From Octopus sinensis (taxonomy: Eukaryota): a DNA stretch of 64,000 nt. Shown here one piece after another: positions 13,340 to 25,300 of this stretch (positions are counted from its first letter, which is position 1; each line of letters opens with the position of its first letter). The stretch spans positions 12,400,001 to 12,464,000 of the forward strand of contig NC_043020.1 of assembly GCF_006345805.1 (NCBI RefSeq). Reading direction: 5' to 3'. The position numbers and the translations under genes were made by a program. The notes below the pieces were generated by a model, which was not told the origin of the DNA, did not search any database, and saw only the letters and a program-made list of their open reading frames with translations.

Positions 13340-14129
13340 TTATGGAAGGTCATAATGTTTGACCTTCCACCTTTGACCCAGGTATAGATGGTAAAGTAGT
13401 AGTTAAGATGGGGTTGGCGATTAGGAAACAGACCCAATTAAGATGGGCGGTGAAGATGGTGATGATGGTGATAATGATAAAGGAAGAGGTAGAGAGAAAC
13501 GAGAAAGAGGTAATGGGAACGACAGATAAAGTTTAGGAGGTAGCAGTAGGTGGGGGGAGAAAGAATGTGAAAGAGAGAGAAGGAGATAAGGAAGGAGGTA
13601 AAATGAAAAAAAGAGGAGAGGTGGAAAAAGCGATTTGCAAACAACTTGGAGAAAATGAGAGCGGAATGAGAGGATATAGAGGAAGAAGGGAAGGAGAAGA
13701 AATGTGAAGAGGAAGTGGAAGAAGGTGTGAGAAAGATTAAGAAGAGAAGGAAAAGGTAAAGAACGTAAAGGACGCTGGGAAGCAAATATAAATAGTGAGA
13801 GAAGATTTGGAAATAACAAGCGACAAAGGACAAAATGGAAGGACGTAAAGACCGAAAAGCTAATATTACTGATGCTGTTTAATCTTAGGACATACCTATG
13901 ACCAAAAATGTTATCATCAGGACCATTCCGTATTGTTTATATCAAGAAAAACATTGTCCAATATGTTCTTCAGATTGATAAGGTGTGCTTTAAGAGATAT
14001 TTGGCTGCTATTTCTAACTGGTCAAACAACAGAAAATGGATAAATGAACTGGAATGTATATAAAGGTAGACGTTAAAGAAACCAGCGGAGAGTGGAGGGA
14101 GAAGTTAGAGGAGAAGGAGATTAAGATTA

Positions 14130-14306
14130 ATATGGATGTAGCAGACGATGAGGAGAAAGAGATTACGATTAATGTGGATGTAGCAGACGATAAATGTGGA
14201 TGTAGCAGACGATAAATGTGGAGGTAGCAGACGATAAATGTAGATGTAGCAGACGGTAAATGTGGATGTAGCAGACGATAAATGTGGATGTGCAGACGAT
14301 AAATGT
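14130..14306. repeat. 22-bp minisatellite (aatgtggatgtagcagacgata) x ~6
   Basis: Directly visible tandem units. Confidence 0.9.
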
Positions 14307-15497
14307 GTGTGTGTACACTGTTGAAATTTTACTTATCGGCAAGAACGCCAATAAACCGGTGCGTCAGTTAAAAATGCTATATTTTATTTTATCCGTGTTG
14401 CACATCCATTCCCGTGCTGCTCTTGCTATAAAATGCCGAGAAAACCAGTGAGTAAATTGGTCTGAAGAAGGAAACTAACGACGCTAGTGTTCACAAGTAA
14501 GAGGAGGGGAAACGATGGAAGAGAACTGAGAGAGAGAGAGGGGGGGGGAGAAGTTGAACATTGTTGAATGTGGGGAGTACAGACGAAAGTAGCTGAGTGT
14601 GAGTGAGGAGCGAGAAGAGGAAGTGGTGAAAAATTACAATGAAATATTTTTGAGATAGCAAACGGTAAATTAGGAGGAGGTGAAACAACAGTAAGAGGAC
14701 AAAATGAAAGAAAGACAGAGAGGGGTAGTCAGGAGTAGAAGAGGAATAAGTGAGGACAGTAAAGCTGAAGGAAATAGAATGAAGTCACGTGTTGTAAGGG
14801 GGGAAACTTAGAGGAATCATTTGAGAGAGAGAGAGAGAGAGAGATAAGCAAGAAGACGACAAACGACTGAATGTAGTAGAGACGGAGATAGAAATAAGGG
14901 ACTTCGAAGTTAGGAATATAAAGGGTGAGACAGAGAGCGGAAGCAAAGAAAATGACAAGATTCAATTTTGAGATTGCTGACGATAAAATTCACTTTAGAA
15001 GAAAATGCACAATGGAAGAAAACAGAAATTTGTTATATTTTTTAAACAAATATTGAAATTTTCCCACAGAACGGAAGGAGAGAAGGGCAGGACAATTGAA
15101 AGGTCAGAAATATTTTCAGTAAACGGAACCAGAGAAACCAAAATATAAAGAGAATAACAACAATTCCGTCAAAACCCAAACAGTTAAAATAAATGCCAAC
15201 TGTCGGCCATTAGCGTGTTATGGTGGCGGTAGTATAACGGGGTAGTGCTAGTTCATCCGGTGTTGACAGATGATCGGGGTGGATTATGACGGTGATGATG
15301 ATGGGGGACTGAGTGTGTGTGTGTGTGTGTGTGTATATATGTGTGTGATGCTTTGAAGATGGTGTTGATGGCGAAACGTGATAATGATGATGATGATGGT
15401 GGCAGTGGTAGTGGCATTACTGTTCATGTTAGCGAGTGGTGGGGGAGTGGCTGTGATGGTAGCGATGTTAGCAATTGACGATGATGTTGATGGCGAT

Positions 15498-15905
15498 GGT
15501 CTGGCAGAACCGTTAGCACGCCGGGCGAAATGCGTAGCCGTATTTCGTCTGCCGTTACGTTCTGAGTTCAAATTCCGCCGAGGTCGACTTTGCTTTTTAT
15601 CCCTTCGGGGTCGATAAATTAAGTACCAGTTACACACTGGGGTCGATGTAATCGACCTAATCCGTGTGTCTGTCCTTGTTTGTTCCCTCTGTGTTTAGCC
15701 CCTTGTGGGTAGTAAAGAAATAGGTATTTCGTCTGCCGCTACATTCTGAGTTCAAATTCCGCCGAGGACGACTTCGCCTTTCATCCTTTCGAGGTCGATA
15801 AATTAAGTACCAGTTACGCACTGGGGTCGATGTAATCGACAATCCCTTTGTCTGTCCTTGTTTGTCCCCTCTGTGTTTAGCCCCTTGTAGGCAATAAAGA
15901 AATAG
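15498..15905 (+). mobile_element. SINE family 2 dimer
   Basis: One head followed by two body units joined at aaagaaata|ggtatttcgtctg. Confidence 0.85.
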
Positions 15906-17640
15906 ATAACGTTAGTAGTGGCGGTGGTGATAATGATTGTGAGGTTAGTGATGATAATGATGATGATGGTGAAAGAACATGAGGAGGAAAAGTAGGGGTA
16001 AAAAAAAGGAGTGGAGTAAGAAACTAGATTTCCGTTGATCAAATAAATAAAGGAATATAATTCTAAACGAGACTGAAATAACAGTCACAGAGAAATTAGA
16101 GCTGAAGAAATTACTTAGCCAAGATATATCGAGGAACTTTGAAAAGATTGCCAAACCGAAAATCAAAATCAATAACACATCTAACAACTTCAGTCAAGTC
16201 TCCCTGCAACAAGTAACAGTTTGTGTTGTTTGCGCCATTTTCTTACGTGTTTTCTTTTGGACCAAAACCAAGATTTATTCTTCTCTTTGGCGTCTGGGAT
16301 CTTTGTGGTTTTCGTCAATGTTTACAATTTTCTTCCAATTGTTTTCAAGTTTGGTATATGGATTAAGTTTTGTATACTAATTATGAAAATTAAATTCATT
16401 TTCCCTATAAATCTATAATTAAAAAGTTATTAGCCTTTAAAATTTGCAAAATTTGGGTATTTTAGCCTATTAGAAGCGCATATTTTACACATCACCATGG
16501 CGAAAAACTGTTTCCATAGTAACTAAAGACGCTGTGTATGTGCATAGGGACGAAAAGGAGATAAGAGAAAGATAATCTACTATAATAATACTCTTGTGTT
16601 TTTCTCCGTCAGAACATATGAAGGAGAAAGGAAGAGGTGATAGAAGAACAAGGAAGGAAGGTGTGATGGCAAACTGGAGGGCCGGTGAACATTCATTGAC
16701 AAGTGTATTAAGGTGATTTACCATTCATATTTATATATAAAATACTACAATTAGCTGTCATTTTTGACGCCTCTGGGTCAGCTAGTTTATTTTATAAAAT
16801 CCTAGAGTGTTTTGAAAACTTTCGTTCCTGAATTTTTGAAACTAATAAACATCTGTTTTAAACAATGTTTTGACCTATTTCTAGCAACTCCCGTTGGTTT
16901 GTTTGTAGCTTTTAAATATTTAAGTTGCTCGCGAATGTTTTAACGTTAACTTCATTCATGTATATTTTAATGTTTTGACTTATTTCTAGCAATGTTTTAA
17001 CATGCCGACCCTATCCCGATGATGGAGGAGGCAGTGCGAACGCACTGTTTTCTGATTGGTTGAAAATTCTGAAAATGATCAAACTTTGAACTCCTGCAAC
17101 ATTTCTGCAAATTCCGATCCATGGTCAAAAATTATATCTATATGATGCTTAAAAAAATTTTTAACGATAATTGTAAACAGTGACAAAGAAAAGAATCAGC
17201 ATAGTCTGTTATTGCTTAGTTTGGGTATCTGGAACTTCTTAATTTTGTGAGAGTAAAGCCAAGTTCCTTGTAATCAACTGGAAGTGTGGAGGACAGTCAA
17301 GACAGAGATATCTTTCTTAAGACACCTGTATGTCGAAACTTTATTTTCCTGTCAGGTGAACGAGTGGCTGTTTACGGGTTGCTCGCGAATACATGGGCAC
17401 TGAAAACAATTAGCGAAAGCATGGTACAAGCTATCAGCTCATACAGGTGATGCCTATGGTTTTACATACACACGCACAATGTAAATAAACGTATTCAAAT
17501 AAATATACGTATATTGAAATATTTTCTATTCTTTTACTTGTTTCGGTCATTTGACTGCGACCAAGCTGGAACACCACGTCGAAAAGTTTTAGTCGAAGAA
17601 ATCTACCCCCAGGACATTTATAGTAGCTTACCTTTCGACT

Positions 17641-18154
17641 TATTTTAGAACATGGTTGAGTCCATAAAATAGGATTTGACTACACCTCCATTTAGAGCAC
17701 AGTTTGAGCTATCTTTTCGTGGGAAAAGGTTTATGTTCCTATAACCTGTGTTAATTTTGTAACCCTTTAAAATGGAAGATAAGAAAGTTCATTTTCGGTA
17801 CTTGATGCTTTGGGACCAGACAAAAATTGCTGCAGCTCGGCTGGGATATGTTACCTCACCCTCCATATTCACCAGATATTGCTCCTTCGGATTTCCACTT
17901 ATTCAGGTCTCTGCAGAATAGTCTTAATGGTAAAAGTTTCAATTCTTTGGATGACATAAAAAGATACTTTGATGAATTCTTGGTCATGAAACCACCCCAA
18001 TTCTGTGAAGAGGGTATTTTCAAGTTAAAGGAAAGATGGAGACACGTTGTGCTACGAAATGGTTCATATTTGGTTGATTAAAAATGTAATGGCAAGTATT
18101 TATTGACCTTTTTCTTTCCTTTAAAAATCGGCAAGAACTTTCCGGACAACCCAA
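17641..18154 (+). mobile_element. Internally deleted mariner element
   Basis: MEDKKVHFRYLML is joined to TRQKLLQLGWDMLPHPPYSPDIAPSDFHLFRSLQNSLNGK...GSYLVD*. The right TIR aaatcggcaagaactttccggacaacccaa is followed by TA; the left boundary is approximate. Confidence 0.9.
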
Positions 18155-18919
18155 TATATTGCTCAATTTAAAGTATGGGTGTAAAAAGTTCGAGCCCAGC
18201 TAAAGAGGAGCATGGCATTTTATAAAAATGATGTTTTGTTTTTTCCGTCATGTGTAATAATTTTCACATGTTAGAGACTGGGCCTGGCTAAGTGGTAGAA
18301 TAATTCCAGTTCACAAGAAATGGTTCTTGTATACGTTAGCAAGTGAGACCTCTTCACCTGTGTGAATGAACTTATCCAGTAAACACACACACACGAATGT
18401 GTAGTATATTCGTGTGCGCACGTGTTTGAGGGTGGATGTACGTACATGTAGAATCTGCCGCGGTTGTTTAACGAAACATTTCACTAAGTGGAAATCCATA
18501 TGTTCAACAGTCGTTCGTGTAAAACAAAAAAATAAATAATTGCGGAGGGAGAGAGAGAGAGATATAGAGAGACGAAGAGGGAGACAAATGGAAGGAGCGA
18601 GAGATAATATAGAGAGGGTGTGGGGAAAACTGTAAAAGAGAATGAAAATATACAAGAGATATTGGTAAGACGTGGATGGCAATGCTGCCAAGTGGGAATC
18701 AAGTTTATAAAAATTTCCTGAAAGTAAAAGAAACAGTTTTTCGGTAGTAATGCCATCTTGGAATAAACTTGGGGGTGTTTCGCGTATATTTGTTTGTGGG
18801 TGTGTGTTTTTCTACGTGTGCTTGTGTATGACTGTAGGTATGTATATAGGCATGTCTGTGTGTAGCTATATTTATGCGTGTGTACCTGTGCGTGTCTATG
18901 TGTCATAAATACGCACGCG

Positions 18920-18960
<41 letters not shown>

Positions 18961-19769
18961 ATATGTATGTGCCTGTATCTGTGTAGGGTTGTGTGTATGT
19001 GCATATATTTTCTTAGCTATGAGTGTATGTTTGTAGGCGTGTGTATATGTCTCTCTATAAGCGCACATGTGACTGTGTGTATTTCCTCTATCCCCCCCCA
19101 CACTCACCTCACTGTTGTTGCTGTTATCTTGTCTTGGAGAGAAAAAAATGTAGCAGAGAAGGCTAGATTGCAAAGAACCAGTAAATTCACTACAATACGG
19201 AAGGCGATGCTCCAGCATAGCCTGTGCCTTTACAGCTAAAAAAAAAAACTTCTAAAACAACTAAAGAATAAATGTAAATCTCAGAGTTAAAATCTTGCTG
19301 TGGATGACATTTAAACTTTCTTGGGCCAAGAATTTGAGGCGGTGGTGATTATTCGAACTCAGGTACTTTGGTGCAGTAAAGTGATTTTTAAAAAAATTTC
19401 CCACAAGGGGACAACATGGATAAAGGACAACACAATCTGATAGGGGTCAGATGAACGGATAGTTATTACATTAATATGAAGTTAAAAATTCTAAAAAATA
19501 TAGATAAATCGAATGATGAGACAGACCGGAAAACATTACGGATGGAGTGGGGAGGTAGGTTCAATCCGGACCCCACGAGTCCCACCTCGCCACTGACACC
19601 TGAGACACGTCCTGCATCGCATTCATGGGGTTACATTCACACGCGACATCCGTGCTTCATTCTTCCATCGATTTTCAAATATTTTCTCAATCGGGCATTT
19701 TCTCTCTAGCCCTATCTTCCTTTTAAGGTGAAAGGTGAAATAATTCACCAGTTGGATAGATGCTGTTCA

Positions 19770-20109
19770 GGTGAAGGCGCATGGCTTAGTGGTTAGGGCA
19801 TTCGGCTCACGATTGTAAGGTCGTGAGTTCGATTCCCGGCGACGCGTTGTGTCCTTGAGCAAGACACTTTATTTCACGTTGCTCCAGTCCACTCAGCTGG
19901 CAAAAATGAGTAGTACCTGTATTTCAAAGGGCCAGCCTTGTCACACTCTGTGTCACGCTGAATCTCCCTGAGAACTACGTTAGTGGTACGCGTGTCTGGG
20001 GATTGCTCAGTCACTTGCACGTTAATTTCACGAGCAGACTGTTCCGATGATCGTTCTCAGCTGGGACCCTCGTCGTCGTAACCGACGGAGTGCTCCCCCC
20101 ATCCCATCC
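19770..20109 (+). mobile_element. tRNA-derived SINE (head B + tail 1) with 12-bp TSD
   Basis: gtgaaggcgcatggcttagtggttag...gagttcgattccc; TSD agatgctgttca at 19758-19769 and 20110-20121. Confidence 0.92.
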
Positions 20110-20194
20110 AGATGCTGTTCAAGAGACTGCACTATATTTTATTCAGAGTGCTTATGTCGGTTTCAAACTTTAGCACTTTTTTTTCTTTCCTTTA

Positions 20195-20635
20195 TCCCTC
20201 CAACGCGGAGTATAGGCCACTTATAATTGAATTCCATGTCGCATAATTTTTCACTTCTGTACTAATACTCTGCCATGAATGTCCCCATCTCTCTAGTTCC
20301 TTTTGTGTTTATCTACGCCACGAGTTCTTAGGCCTATCTTTCTTTCTATATCCAACCGGTTTCCACTTTTAAGCACTTTTCGCTACATTTGGTGTGTCTT
20401 TTCTAATTATGCTACCAATCTACTTCCACTTTCTCTTAAATATTTGCTCCCTAATCGAAACTTGATTTGTTCTTTCCTATAGCTCCATATTCCTTATGTG
20501 TTTGGGCCATCTAATTTTAAGTATACTACACAAGCATCTGTTGATGAATGATTGTATTTTCTTATTTGACTTGACAGTTGTTCGCCATGTCTCAGCCCCA
20601 TAAAATAACACCGCTTTTACGTTAGCTTCAGGAAA
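20195..20635 (-). mobile_element. Second RTE-type LINE 3' fragment (older)
   Basis: NVKAVLFYGAETWRTTVKSNKKIQSFINRCLCSILKIRWP...RKWK*IGSIIRK...KWKPVGYRKKDRPKNSWRR, with stop codons. Confidence 0.88.
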
Positions 20636-20649
20636 AACTATTTGGCAAA

Positions 20650-21190
20650 GCCAGCGATTTCGTGGGGAGGGAGAAAGTCGATTACATCGACCCCTAGTGC
20701 TCAACTGGTCCTTATTTTATCGAAACAAAAGTATGAAAGGTAAAGTCGGTCACGGTGGAATCTGAACTCAGACATACAAAATACCTATTTCTTTACCACT
20801 CACAAGGGGCTAAACACAGAGAGGACAAATAAGGACAGACAAACGGATTAAGTCGATTACATCGATCCCAGTGCGTAACTGGTACTTATTTAATCGATCC
20901 CGAAAGGATGAAAGGCAAAGTCGACCACGGCAGAATTTGAACTCAGAACGTAGCGGCAGACGAAATACCTATTTCTTTATTACCCACATAGAGAGGACAA
21001 ACAAGGACAGACATAGGTATTAAGTCGATTACACTGACCCCAGTGCGTAACTTGTACTTTATTTATCGACCCCGAAAGGATGAAAGGCAAAGTCGACCTC
21101 GGCGTAATTTTAACTCAGAACGTAGCGGCAGACGAAATACCGCTAAGCATTTTGCCTGGTATGCTAACGATTCTTGCCAGCTCGCTGCCA
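20650..21190 (-). mobile_element. SINE family 2 multimer (3 body units, one head)
   Basis: Repeated gacccc...gaaaggatgaaaggcaaagtcgacc units with the same junction; head at ~21140-21190. Confidence 0.82.
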
Positions 21191-22256
21191 TATTTGGTTC
21201 ATGAACAGAGTGATGGACAACTAACTGTGAGATCGGTGGTTCGTTTTCAAATTGTCCCAGTGGTAAGAATACTTAGCTTGCAAATAACTTGCTCTACGTA
21301 GCAGTAATTGTGGGGTACCATGTAGTTTAAACAATGCTCCAAGAGCAAGCAGCCATCGAAAGAGCCACTATTTTCTTCAAACAACGCTACCGTCTTTTAT
21401 AAAAGGGACATATTGAACAATATGATCCGAGTTACATTGTCTCAAAATCAGAAGGGACGGTCATCATTGGAATGCCTTTCAATACATATCTGCTCAGTCT
21501 ATGCTAACCTGGGGCTAAACAATAACAACCGCATTTTTTGCCATTTTAAATATCTTTTACTTGTTTCAGTCAGACTGCGGTCATACTGGGGCACCACCTT
21601 GAAGTTTTAGTCGAATGAATCTACCCTCGTACTTTCTTAAAGTCTGGTGCTTACTCTATCAGTCTCTTCTGCCAGGAAGTAAACACACTGACACCGGTTG
21701 TTAAGCTGTAGTGGGGGAAAACACAAACATACATATACATATATATATACACACACACACGATAGGCTTCTTTCAGTTTCCGTCTACCAAATCCACTCAC
21801 AGGTCTTTGGTCGGCCTGAGGCTATAGTACAAGACACTTGCTCAAGGTGCCATGCACTGGGACTGAACTAGGAACCATGTGGTTGGGAAGCAAGCTTCTT
21901 ACCACACAGCCATAGTAAACATTTCTTTAATTTCGTTAATTCTACAGAGGATTCACCGAAGACGGAGGTTTGGGTATTTAGGATTAGGGATTCATTGTGT
22001 TGTGGTTGTATAATGTTGTAGCCGCGGTGTGGTTGTGTTGTGGGTTGGTTGGTTGGTTGGTTGCAGTCTTGAATTGGTTGTGACAGACTTGAATCGGTTG
22101 CCGTTTGGTTCGCGGTGTGGTGGTGGTTATACTGAGGCCGTGTTCGCGGCGGTGGTGGGTTTTAGTTCAGTGATGTTTTGTATCGTGAGATTGTCAGAGG
22201 CGGTGGTGAGAATGGAATTGGTAGCAACGATATAGTTGATGATGGACGATGTTTGT

Positions 22257-22389
22257 ACCACCGCCACCACCACCACTACCACCACCACCACTACCACCAC
22301 TACCACCACCACCACCACCACCACCACCACCACCACCACCACCACTACCACCACTACTACTACTACCACCACCACTACCACCACTACCA

Positions 22390-22420
<31 letters not shown>

Positions 22421-22825
22421 GGCAGATGTGATTTAAATGCGACGGCTGTCGCTGTTGATCATTATCGTGTATCAGTTGTTAACATAGTGACATACATTAA
22501 GTCACTTACAGTCTGCGCGCGTGTGTGCGTGTGTATATGTATGTGTATGTGTGTATGTATGTGTGTGTGTATGTGTGTATGTATGTGTGTATGTGTGTAT
22601 GTATGTATGTATGCGTGTATGTATGTGTGTGTATGTGTGTGTGTATGTATGTGTGTGTGTATGTGTGTGTGTGTGTATGTATGTATGTGTGTGTGTATGT
22701 GTGTGTGTATGTGTGTGTGTATGTGTGTGTGTATGTATGTATGTATGTGTGTGTATGTATGTGTGTGTGTATGTACGTGTGTATGTATGTATGTGTGTAT
22801 GTATGTATATGTGTGTGTATGTGTG
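22257..22825. repeat. (ACC/ACT)n followed by (TG/TATG)n microsatellites
   Basis: Directly visible; source of the poly-T/V/H/P ORFs. Confidence 0.95.
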
Positions 22826-22994
22826 GAGGACGAGTGTTTGTTGTAAATATATAAATATACGATGGTTGTACAGAGAGTAATACTAAACTGGCTTTACCTA
22901 TCTTTTTATTAACTCATACAGGTCGTTCACCCTCTAAAGGTCAATATAGAGTAACTTTTACTCTGTAGTAACTCCTGCTTTTGCTCTTCTTTAT

Positions 22995-23750
22995 TACAAG
23001 CAAATAACAGGTTCGAAGCAGAAACGATGTGTCGTCATTGAGGTTTTGATGAAGCGGGGCTATACAAGCTGTCTGTTATTAACAGAAGGCTATAGTGTGT
23101 ATATCGAGATGATAAAAGCAATGTGCCCTGTTGAAGTTTAACGAAGAAGAAATCACCATTCAAGATAAACCACGCAGTGAGAAACCATTGACTACGACCA
23201 TTGAGACGAATTGCCTCCGAGTGGACTTATTGATTTGTGCAGACGGATGAGTCACAGTATGCGAGCTTGGTGGACAACTGGACTGTGTCTGCAAAGCATT
23301 ACAGAATATGACGGAAGAATTTGAGTATTAGAAATTGTGTGAAAAGTAGGTGCCTCGATAGCTGATACCCGATTTGATGAAGAAAAGGGTGGAAGTGTGC
23401 TCTGATCTGCTGGAAATGTTTGAGGAACAACGAAGATCTGGTGACGGGGTGAGGGAAACATCGGCGTATCTTTATGATCTGAAAACGATGTCTTAGTTCG
23501 TGAAATGGCGTCGCAGCTCCCAAGCCTAAGAGTCAACAATCGGCACAGAAAGTCATGGCGATTGTTTTGAAAGGAACAACGAGGATGTTATTTTCTTTGA
23601 TTTTCTAGAACTTAGCTGTACCTTGAACAGCGAGCAAATAAATACGCTGAGCTGCTCAAATAACTGCAAGAAGAGATTAGGACAGAGAGACCAAGAAAGA
23701 ATCTGAAAGCAATCCATATTTACCTTGACAAGGTGATGTAAGACGAAATG
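22995..23750 (+). mobile_element. Degenerate mariner transposase relic
   Basis: Fragments IQDKPRSEKP, VPR*LIPDLMKKRVEVCSDLL, KSQQSAQKVMAIV and DVIFFDFLE; many stops and frameshifts. A short related piece lies at ~24530-24615. Confidence 0.75.
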
Positions 23751-24068
23751 AAGTAGCCAATGTGTCCAGAGAACGAATACTATAATAGATAAACCTGGAA
23801 AAAAGGGGGACAGAGAGGGAGAAAAAAATGATATTAAAAACTATATTAAATGAATATTAGAAAATTGGTTTTAAAATTTGGTACAGGACCAGCAAGTTCG
23901 GGGGAGGGGCTAAGTCGATTATATAGAGCCCAGTATTCAACTGGTACTTATTTTATCGACCTCAGAAGGTTGAAAGGCAAAGTCGATGCCGGCGGACTTT
24001 TGAACTCAAAACATAAAGACGGTCGAAAAACCGCTAAGCATTTTGCCAGCTCGCCGCCTTTATGAATA

Positions 24069-24489
24069 CTAGCAGTATCGTCCGGCGTTGCTCGGGTTTG
24101 TCTCGACCCTTTAGAATTGGAATTTTTACATTATGTAGCTTGTTATAATGCAAAAATTTTGCATTATGTAGCTTGTTATTCTCTTTAAGTGAACATTTTT
24201 CTGATTGAAATACACCAAAAAATGGCGACACAGCAGTCAAAACATCGTAAAAAATAGGGATTTTCATAGAAAAAAAGCACCTTTTTGATGTAAATAATTT
24301 TTGGTCTTAACATGGTCCGATTTGAATTTTTCTTCTACGGAACGAAGAGCAAGCCTTCTTCTATCATACTCTCAATTTTGGTCAACTTGCGCCGCAGGGT
24401 CTCGGAGGAAATAGTGTTAGTTGAAGGCTACCAAACCTGCCACACACAGACAACTTCAGCTTTATATATATATATTTATAATATAGAGA
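24069..24489 (-). mobile_element. Non-autonomous Helitron-like element (same termini as 11607-11904)
   Basis: Forward actagcagtatcgtccggcgttgctcgggtttg ... cacacagacaacttcagctttatatat...gagat; the interior differs from the first copy. Confidence 0.72.
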
Positions 24490-24912
24490 TTAGAATATTA
24501 ATGGAAATTAGAATATTAAGATTAGAAGTCTCAGTTCACGAAATGGCATTACAGCTCCAAAGCCTAAGAATTTCAAGAGTCAACGATTGGCACAGACAGT
24601 CATGGTGATTTTCAATCTTAAGAATGGTAACTGGTCTTATTTGTTTATCGAGTTTTGGAATCCTCACAATGAAATATTTTGTTTTTACATTTTTTCCTGC
24701 AGTCATCAACTTGCAATTGTTAAAAAGGAACATTAACAGTGTCTCACAAAACTAAGAAAGCCTAGATGGACATAGCCATAAAACCTTCCTCCAAATCAAC
24801 TCATTGCAAAATATTTAATACAACTACATCCTATTGTATTAATGTCAGTTCCATTATTTCATTGAAAGTTGTCCACTGTTAATAACTCTTCCATACATCT
24901 CAACGCTACCAT

Positions 24913-25300
24913 GGATGGAAGCACTCCGTCGGTTACGACGATGAGGGTTCCGGTTGATCCGATGAACGGAACAGCCTGCTCGTGAAATTAACGTGTAAGT
25001 GGCTGAGCACTCCACAGACACGTGTACCCTTAACGTAGTTCTCGGGGATATTCAGCGTGACACAGAGAGTGACAAGGCCGGCCCTTTGAAGTATAGGTAC
25101 AACAGAAACAGGAAGTAAGAGTGAGAGAAAGTTGTGGTGAAAGAGTACAGCAGGGATCGCCACATCCACCCTGCCGGAGCCTCGTGGAGCTTTAGGTGTT
25201 TTCGCTCAGTAAACACTCACAACGCCCGGTCTGGGAATCGAAACCGCGATCCTACGACCGCGAGTCCGCTGCCCTAACCACTGGGCCATTGCGCCTCCAC
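24913..25300 (-). mobile_element. SINE head A + tail 1 with 12-bp TSD
   Basis: Reverse complement of the 8763 element; TSD caacgctaccat at 24901-24912 and 25301-25312. Confidence 0.93.
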
